DNA of 64,000 nucleotides from an uncultured Prevotella sp. GTDB taxonomy: Bacteria > Bacteroidota > Bacteroidia > Bacteroidales > Bacteroidaceae. Below the pieces are notes generated by a model. That model did not search any database. It was not told where the DNA came from and worked only from the letters and a program-made list of their open reading frames with translations. The stretch covers positions 423,210-487,209 of the forward strand of contig CAAGKM010000030.1 of the NCBI GenBank assembly GCA_900770395.1, in the 5' to 3' direction. Shown in pieces: positions 58,386-64,000 of this stretch (its first letter is position 1; each line of letters opens with the position of its first letter). Both the position numbers and the translations under genes were made by a program.

Positions 58386-59435
58386 ATGAAAAAATCATTT
58401 ATAACGTTCTTTCTAATATCTGGGCTGATTACGGTTTCAACCGCCGTAACAGCCCAGACTGAAGGATTCACGGTAAGAGGCATAGTAAATTTGCCCGACG
58501 GCTATGAGGCTGGCATCTGCTGCCATACCGATACGATGTACTCTGTGGAGGTTGCCCACGGAACGATAAAGAACGGACAGTTTACGCTGCATGGCAGACA
58601 CATGGAGCAACCGCAGCCCGGCACTCTAATGACCAACAACATGAAATTGGTAAGTGCCAAGGGATGGCCCGTAGACTCCATAAGATGGACATACACTGAC
58701 ATATTTCTGTCGAACGGCGAAATCACCGTGGACAAGAATTTCACCATCACTGGCGGGCAGGTGCAGACTGACTTCAACGAATGGCAGAAACTGAAAGCCG
58801 CCCATACTGACAAAGCTGTATCGGCAGAAGAGGCATTTATCGCCTCGCATCCGCAGAGCGTGATATCTGTGTGGCTTGCCAACGACATGCTAAAACGTGG
58901 ATACAACCTGACGAAAGAGCAGGTGGAGCAATTGGAGAGGACCATAACATCCGTGCCTCAGGACACTGCACGTCTGTCGGAATTCAAGAAGCGCATTGCC
59001 TTTGCCAAGAAGACCACCAAAGGCGGCAATCTTGTGGACTTGGAACTGGAAGACATTAACGGCAGCATCTGCCATCTCACCGACATTGTGCCTAAGAATA
59101 AATATGTGCTTATCGACTTCTGGGCGTCGTGGTGCGGCATCTGCATCGCCGCCATGCCTGAGATACAGCGCATAGCCGAACAGTACAAGGACAAGTTTGC
59201 AGTGATAGCCGTGTCAATCGACACTAAGCGTGAGGCATGGAAAGCCGCAATGGAGAAACATCCGGAGCCTTGGCCGCAATATGTCACCACAAAGAACGGC
59301 TATCAGGACTTGTTTCACAAATATCAGGTGGGCAACGGCGTACCTTATTATATTATGATAACTCCTGACGGCAAGGTGCTCAACTCACCTTCGCATCCTA
59401 AGGCTGTGAAGGAAATACTTGACAAATATAACTAA
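58386..59435 (+). CDS. TlpA-family thiol-disulfide oxidoreductase (DUF4369-like N-domain plus thioredoxin fold)
   Basis: WASWCGIC active site with a thioredoxin-like C-terminal half; signal peptide. Confidence 0.8.
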   Translation: MKKSFITFFLISGLITVSTAVTAQTEGFTVRGIVNLPDGYEAGICCHTDTMYSVEVAHGTIKNGQFTLHGRHMEQPQPGTLMTNNMKLVSAKGWPVDSIRWTYTDIFLSNGEITVDKNFTITGGQVQTDFNEWQKLKAAHTDKAVSAEEAFIASHPQSVISVWLANDMLKRGYNLTKEQVEQLERTITSVPQDTARLSEFKKRIAFAKKTTKGGNLVDLELEDINGSICHLTDIVPKNKYVLIDFWASWCGICIAAMPEIQRIAEQYKDKFAVIAVSIDTKREAWKAAMEKHPEPWPQYVTTKNGYQDLFHKYQVGNGVPYYIMITPDGKVLNSPSHPKAVKEILDKYN

Positions 59436-59463
59436 AATTTTACCTATAAACAAAAACAAAAAG

Positions 59464-60570
59464 ATGAAAAAATTTTTTCTTTCAATGGCTGCTGTATTAT
59501 CAATGACTGCAGCAACAGCACAGAACGGGTACAGAATAACCGGCACAGTAGACGACTGTGTGGTGCCTGGCGACACAATATACCTGTGCAACGTGCAGGG
59601 ATTCTTCAGCTTTGTGCCTGAGGACACCACAATAGTGCAGGCTGGCAACAAATTTGAATTTACGGGCAACTTCGACGGTCTGACCACTCGCTATGTACTG
59701 CCAATCCACAACGGTACGGCAGTGGCAACAGCAGAGGTGATGCTTGAGAATGCCGACATCGAGATGCAGATTTTCAAGGATGAAAAGAAAAACGTGATGA
59801 AGGGTGGTCCTGCCTACAAGCTCTACAAGGAGTATGAAGCAGGTAAGGAAGTGTATGAACGCCAAATAGAAAAGCCATGGGCTATTGTGATGGACAGTAC
59901 TACTACAAAAGAGGCAAAGGCTGTGGCACAAGCCACTGTTGACTCTCTCTCCACACTGCGCGATGCCTATACAAAGAAGTACATTGTTGAAAACGTCCCA
60001 TCGCCTGTGTGCGACATGCTGTTCATCTATCATCAGAAGCTCTTCACCGAGGCTGAGCAGGAAGATGTGCTGAAAAGAATGGGCGAAGGTCATCACTATT
60101 ATTACTACAATCTGCTTATGGCAGAGCGTGCAGCAACAGCAAGAACAGCCGTTGGACAGCAGTACACCGACCTGGCTATGCCTGGACCCGACGGAAAGAC
60201 TGTAAAGGCAAGCGACTATGTGGGCAAAAACCGCTATACCCTCATAGACTTCTGGGCTTCATGGTGCGGTCCGTGCCGTGCCGAAATGCCTAACGTGGTG
60301 AAGGCATACGACTTGTACCATGCAAAGGGATTTGAGGTTGTGGGCGTATCGTTCGATAACAACAAGGATGCATGGGTGAAGGCTCTCACTCAGCTCAAGA
60401 TGCCATGGCCGCAGATGAGCGACCTCAAGGGTTGGGACTGCGCTGCCGCACCACTCTACAACGTAAAGGGCATACCCGCCAACGTACTCGTTGACCAGAG
60501 CGGAAAGATTGTAGCAAAGAACCTGCGCGACAAAGACCTTCTTGACACACTGGAGAAACTGATGAAATAG
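59464..60570 (+). CDS. TlpA-family thiol-disulfide oxidoreductase (paralog)
   Basis: WASWCGPC active site; same architecture. Start set at the internal MKKFFLSMAAV signal. Confidence 0.8.
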   Translation: MKKFFLSMAAVLSMTAATAQNGYRITGTVDDCVVPGDTIYLCNVQGFFSFVPEDTTIVQAGNKFEFTGNFDGLTTRYVLPIHNGTAVATAEVMLENADIEMQIFKDEKKNVMKGGPAYKLYKEYEAGKEVYERQIEKPWAIVMDSTTTKEAKAVAQATVDSLSTLRDAYTKKYIVENVPSPVCDMLFIYHQKLFTEAEQEDVLKRMGEGHHYYYYNLLMAERAATARTAVGQQYTDLAMPGPDGKTVKASDYVGKNRYTLIDFWASWCGPCRAEMPNVVKAYDLYHAKGFEVVGVSFDNNKDAWVKALTQLKMPWPQMSDLKGWDCAAAPLYNVKGIPANVLVDQSGKIVAKNLRDKDLLDTLEKLMK

Positions 60571-60646
60571 ACCACAGCTTTTTTCATGAAATATCAAAAG
60601 AATGTGAAAAAAGCAATATGAATTTTGCAGTGTCACGGAATTTCAT

Positions 60647-60654
60647 TATTTTTG
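60647..60654 (+). promoter_or_regulatory. -7 box TATTTTTG upstream of the M20 peptidase gene
   Basis: TAnnTTTG, 23 bp before the ATG at 60677. Confidence 0.4.
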
Positions 60655-60676
60655 CAACACAAATAATGAAATTCCA

Positions 60677-61744
60677 ATGAGATATGCAGATTATGCCCAC
60701 GAAGCCGTGGAATTGCTGAAACGGCTTATCGCCACACCGTCTGTCAGCCGTGAAGAAAAAGCGGCTGCAGACTTATTGTATGAATATGCGGAAGGTAGCG
60801 GACTTTGCTGCCATCGTTATGGCAACAACATCTGGATAATGAACGAGGATGAGTTCTCGCCGCTATGTCCCACGATACTGCTAAATGCCCACATCGACAC
60901 TGTGCGGCCGTCGGCGTCGTGGACACGCAGTCCGTTTGTGCCGCAGATTGAGGGCGACCGCCTTTTCGGTCTTGGCAGCAATGACGACGGCGGCGGGCTG
61001 GTGGCGCTGCTTCAGGCATTCCGCATAATGACCGCGGAGTTTACACCGTTCTATAATCTTGTGTTCTTGGCATCGTGCGAGGAAGAGGTGTCGGGAGCCG
61101 GCGGCATAACAAGTGTGCTGCCTATGCTGCCGAAGATTGATTTTGCCATCGTGGGCGAGCCGACAAACATGCAGCCCGCCATTGCCGAGAAGGGACTGAT
61201 GGTCATCGACGGCGTGGCGCACGGCAAGGCAGGACACGCCGCACGCAACGAGGGAGTCAACGCCATCTATGAGGCGCTCGATGACTTCATGTGGATACGC
61301 GATTATAAATTTCCTAAAGTAAGTCCGTTGCTTGGCCCTGTGAAGATGACCCTCACTGTGGTTGGCGCAGGCAAGCAGCATAACGTCATTCCCGACGAGT
61401 GCAAGTTTGTGATTGACGTGCGCAGCAACGAGCTGTACAGAAATGAGGAGCTGTTTAATATTATACAGGCAAACGTGAAGAGCGAGCTGAAGGCACGCTC
61501 ATACCGTCTCAACTCATCGAGCATAAGCACCGACCACCCCATAGTGAGGCGCTGCATGAGCATGGGGTTGCATCCATTTGGCAGTCCTACGCTTAGCGAT
61601 CAGGCTTTGATGCCTTTCCCCTCTGTAAAACTTGGACCAGGCAAGTCACGCCGCTCACACACAGCCGACGAGTTTATACATATCTCAGAAATCAGTCAGG
61701 CAATATCAATGTATGTGCAACTGCTAAAAGGACTGGAGATTTAG
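60677..61744 (+). CDS. M20-family metallopeptidase (ArgE/DapE-like deacylase)
   Basis: …LNAHIDTV… metal-binding His/Asp and …GSNDDGGG…; an M20 dimerisation-domain pattern. Confidence 0.8.
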   Translation: MRYADYAHEAVELLKRLIATPSVSREEKAAADLLYEYAEGSGLCCHRYGNNIWIMNEDEFSPLCPTILLNAHIDTVRPSASWTRSPFVPQIEGDRLFGLGSNDDGGGLVALLQAFRIMTAEFTPFYNLVFLASCEEEVSGAGGITSVLPMLPKIDFAIVGEPTNMQPAIAEKGLMVIDGVAHGKAGHAARNEGVNAIYEALDDFMWIRDYKFPKVSPLLGPVKMTLTVVGAGKQHNVIPDECKFVIDVRSNELYRNEELFNIIQANVKSELKARSYRLNSSSISTDHPIVRRCMSMGLHPFGSPTLSDQALMPFPSVKLGPGKSRRSHTADEFIHISEISQAISMYVQLLKGLEI

Positions 61745-61764
61745 TGTTCAGTGTTTAGTTAATC

Positions 61765-62307
61765 ATGAGAAAACTTAGAACGATAGAGATGAACCGTCTC
61801 ACTGTGGACGAGTATAAAAAAGCGGAGAAGACACCGTTAGTGGTGGTGATGGACAATGTGCGGTCGATGCACAATGTGGGCAGCGTGTTCCGCACTGCCG
61901 ACGCCTTCCGCCTTGAGGCGGTGTATCTTTGCGGTATCACTGCCACTCCGCCCAGCAACGAGATTCACAAGACAGCCCTTGGTGCCGAGGAGAGCGTGGA
62001 CTGGACCTATTTCCCCACTGCCCTTGAGGCTGTGCGCAGCCTGCAGAATGCTGGCTACGAGGTGCTGGCGGTGGAGCAGGCTGAGGGCAGCACCAAACTG
62101 CATGAGTTTACGCCGGAACCGGGCAGGAAATATGCCGTTGTGATGGGCAACGAGGTGAAAGGAGTGGCGCAGGAAGTGATAGATGCCGCCGACGGATGCC
62201 TGGAGATTCCTCAGTTTGGCACCAAGCACTCCATGAATGTCAGCGTTACGGCTGGTATTATAATATACAAATTTGCGGAGATTTACATCCCCGCAAATTC
62301 ATATTAA
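61765..62307 (+). CDS. TrmH/SpoU-family RNA 2'-O-methyltransferase
   Basis: SPOUT motifs (…VVMDNVRSMHNVGSVFRTADAF…, …LEIPQFGTKHSMNVSVTAGIIIY). Confidence 0.85.
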   Translation: MRKLRTIEMNRLTVDEYKKAEKTPLVVVMDNVRSMHNVGSVFRTADAFRLEAVYLCGITATPPSNEIHKTALGAEESVDWTYFPTALEAVRSLQNAGYEVLAVEQAEGSTKLHEFTPEPGRKYAVVMGNEVKGVAQEVIDAADGCLEIPQFGTKHSMNVSVTAGIIIYKFAEIYIPANSY

Positions 62308-62317
62308 AAAATATTTT

Positions 62318-64000
62318 TTATTTCGCAATCTTCTTGCCGTTCACTATATATATGCCGTGTGGCAGCACGTCGATGGATGTGGCGTCAATGCGCTGTCCGC
62401 TCAGGGTGTATATGCCAGCGCGTTTTGTGGCAGGGGCGGCGGTAATGTCGCTGATGTCCGTCACAGTTCCCTTTATTCCGTATGTGGCGTAATAACCGCC
62501 GTTGGTGAATGGCATGTCGGCTGTCTGTTGTGAACCGTTGTTGCTGAAGATGATGCCTTCGTTGGTGCTTGCTTGTGCCACCTTGTTGCCGTTCCACGAC
62601 CATTTCCATACATTGTTTCCGTTGTCGGCCTTGCCTATCTTCTCGCACTTCACTCCCGGCCATTTGTTGGTGGTGTAGTTGCCGGTCTTGTCCCATCGCC
62701 AGCAGTACACGTTGGTCCATGTGCTCGGTGCCTCGAAGAAGGCGCATGTCTCGCCCTCGTCCATTTTGCAGAAGTCGGGTATCTTAAATTCCGGGTCTTC
62801 CACGTCCTTTATCTCGTCGAGTGCGCTGATGTCGGTGCTTGTTGGCACATAATACTTATATGCCGTGCCTTCCATGGCGAGTTTATATCCAGCGGTGCTT
62901 GCTGGAGCGGCATTGCCAAATGCCAGGAGCGCATTGCCTTTCGTTCCTTTTACGTTTAGGATGTATCCGCCAGTGGCGGTGGCTGCGCTCACAATCTCGC
63001 TCTGACTGTTGATGCCGAGCAGACGGCGCAGCGTGATGAGCTTCTTGATGGCGGTCTTGTACGACTTCCAGTGGGAGATAAATACGCAAGGTGTGCCGGG
63101 CATAGCCAGAATATAGGCATTGGCAGCTTCTACGTTGGCATAGAGCGGGTCGGCACCGTCCTTGCCGCTCGACCCTGTGTCGTGGTTGTCCACGAAGGTC
63201 ACGGCATAACGCTGGTAGTCCTTGTCGGCGGCAAGAGAACTTTGGTTGAGCGCATACCACGCCCCGTTGCCGAATGCTCCCCTGATGCTGTATCGCAGTG
63301 GAAAGTCGAATGCCGCCGACTGTATTACGCCGTCAACTTTTGTGCCGTTAATCCAGTTTTTCACTACGTTGATGTTGCCGTCCCAGCACTCGCCCACCGA
63401 GAACTGTGGCTTTGCCGAGGTGTTGTATTGTCCAACGTATTTCGCTGCAAATCCTTTCACGAAGTCGTAGCGGAAACCTGTATATCCGAGGTCGTTGAGC
63501 AGGAAGTCAAGATAGGTCTTGACATTGTTCTGCACATTGGCACTGGTGTGGTCGAGGTCACGGCAACCGTCAAAGTCCTCGCCGGTGTCGGCTGCTCCAG
63601 TGACTTTATATCCGGCTTTTTCTGTCTTGCCGCCGTCGTCGCCCTTGCAGATGTCGGCGAGCGTCCATGAGATTGTTTTGCCGTTCCATGTCTCGGTGGC
63701 AAAGTCGCACCAGTTGCTCACTCCAGCCTTATGGTTTATCACCACGTCCTCAATGATGCCTGTGCCTTTTGCCTTGAATGTCTTGATCATTGAGCGGAGC
63801 GCCTCCTCCGAACCGAATGCGCTCTTTTGGTCGAACCAGTAGATGGGGAAATATCCCATATTGCCTGACAACGTGTTACAATAAGCAGAGTTTGGCACCC
63901 ATATCAGGCTGAAATACCCGGACAATTCGTCGGCTTGTGATTCAAGGTTCGTCCACTGACTCTCATCAAAGCTGTCCCAGTAGAATCCTTGTAGCATCAC
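62318..64000 (-). CDS. GH13 alpha-amylase with a T9SS C-terminal sorting domain (N-terminus beyond the window edge)
   Basis: LQGFYWDS… start of the catalytic domain and …VVINHK…, …GFRYDFVKG… GH13 regions. C-terminal …GIYTLSGQRIDATSIDVLPHGIYIVNGKKIAK is CTD-like. The ORF is open at position 64000, so the signal peptide and true start lie outside. Confidence 0.85.
   Translation of the reverse strand: MMLQGFYWDSFDESQWTNLESQADELSGYFSLIWVPNSAYCNTLSGNMGYFPIYWFDQKSAFGSEEALRSMIKTFKAKGTGIIEDVVINHKAGVSNWCDFATETWNGKTISWTLADICKGDDGGKTEKAGYKVTGAADTGEDFDGCRDLDHTSANVQNNVKTYLDFLLNDLGYTGFRYDFVKGFAAKYVGQYNTSAKPQFSVGECWDGNINVVKNWINGTKVDGVIQSAAFDFPLRYSIRGAFGNGAWYALNQSSLAADKDYQRYAVTFVDNHDTGSSGKDGADPLYANVEAANAYILAMPGTPCVFISHWKSYKTAIKKLITLRRLLGINSQSEIVSAATATGGYILNVKGTKGNALLAFGNAAPASTAGYKLAMEGTAYKYYVPTSTDISALDEIKDVEDPEFKIPDFCKMDEGETCAFFEAPSTWTNVYCWRWDKTGNYTTNKWPGVKCEKIGKADNGNNVWKWSWNGNKVAQASTNEGIIFSNNGSQQTADMPFTNGGYYATYGIKGTVTDISDITAAPATKRAGIYTLSGQRIDATSIDVLPHGIYIVNGKKIAK

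Noticed and set aside
59500-60096. 198-aa minus-strand ORF inside the second TlpA gene
   Set aside because: Antisense to a CDS with a clear WCGPC thioredoxin motif.
1-64000. Looked for tRNA/rRNA genes and CRISPR arrays (regular direct repeats with unique spacers)
   Set aside because: No tRNA-like cloverleaf signatures (e.g. GTTCGAATC T-arm) and no periodic repeat-spacer structure were found. The only short tandem repeat is the 3x palindrome array at 46098-46164, which lacks spacer-like unique inserts of CRISPR length.

Overview
This is a Bacteroidales-type chromosomal window (Bacteroides/Prevotella-like; many TAnnTTTG sigma-A -7 boxes), shown by gene content, not by any search. From left to right it holds the following. 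(1) 1-8.2 kb: a partial glutaminyl-cyclase-like M28 lipoprotein, a C26/M19 peptidase fusion, an AsnC regulator, three tandem FKBP PPIases, a Sir2 deacylase and an M6 metalloprotease. (2) 8.4-17.6 kb: rplM-rpsI-rpsB-tsf followed, with no recognisable internal promoters, by an FAH-family gene, the T9SS pair porU-porV, and ispF. (3) 17.6-19.5 kb: an AT-rich islet carrying a DKNYY-repeat lipoprotein and tiny membrane ORFs. (4) about 19.5-36.6 kb: a probable integrated mobilizable element. It carries two tandem tyrosine recombinases, an Xis-like HTH, unknown genes, a candidate oriT, a MobA-like protein plus relaxase, and an AraC-controlled 9-gene minus-strand cargo operon of flavodoxin-like, flavin-reductase, CMD, amidohydrolase-2, AKR, tautomerase and cupin proteins; several of these carry Sec, TAT or lipoprotein signals, and one flavodoxin-like protein carries a T9SS C-terminal domain. 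The element is bracketed by an imperfect 21-23 bp direct repeat. (5) 37.7-47.2 kb: housekeeping genes (MsbA-like ABC exporter, miaB, proA, PAP2, U32 peptidase, alkaline phosphatase, HU-like protein, DUF3109). (6) 47.4-60.6 kb: an ECF-sigma/anti-sigma/SusC/SusD locus with no CAZymes but with unknown lipoproteins, a DUF4105 protein, a T9SS cargo protein and two TlpA thioredoxins. (7) An M20 peptidase, a TrmH methyltransferase and a partial T9SS-secreted alpha-amylase. The most interesting items are the mobile element's exported flavoprotein cargo operon, its unannotated module between the integrases and the mob genes, and a triple palindromic operator-like array upstream of the HU-like gene. All calls rest on reading the translated ORFs and sequence motifs; no database searches were run.
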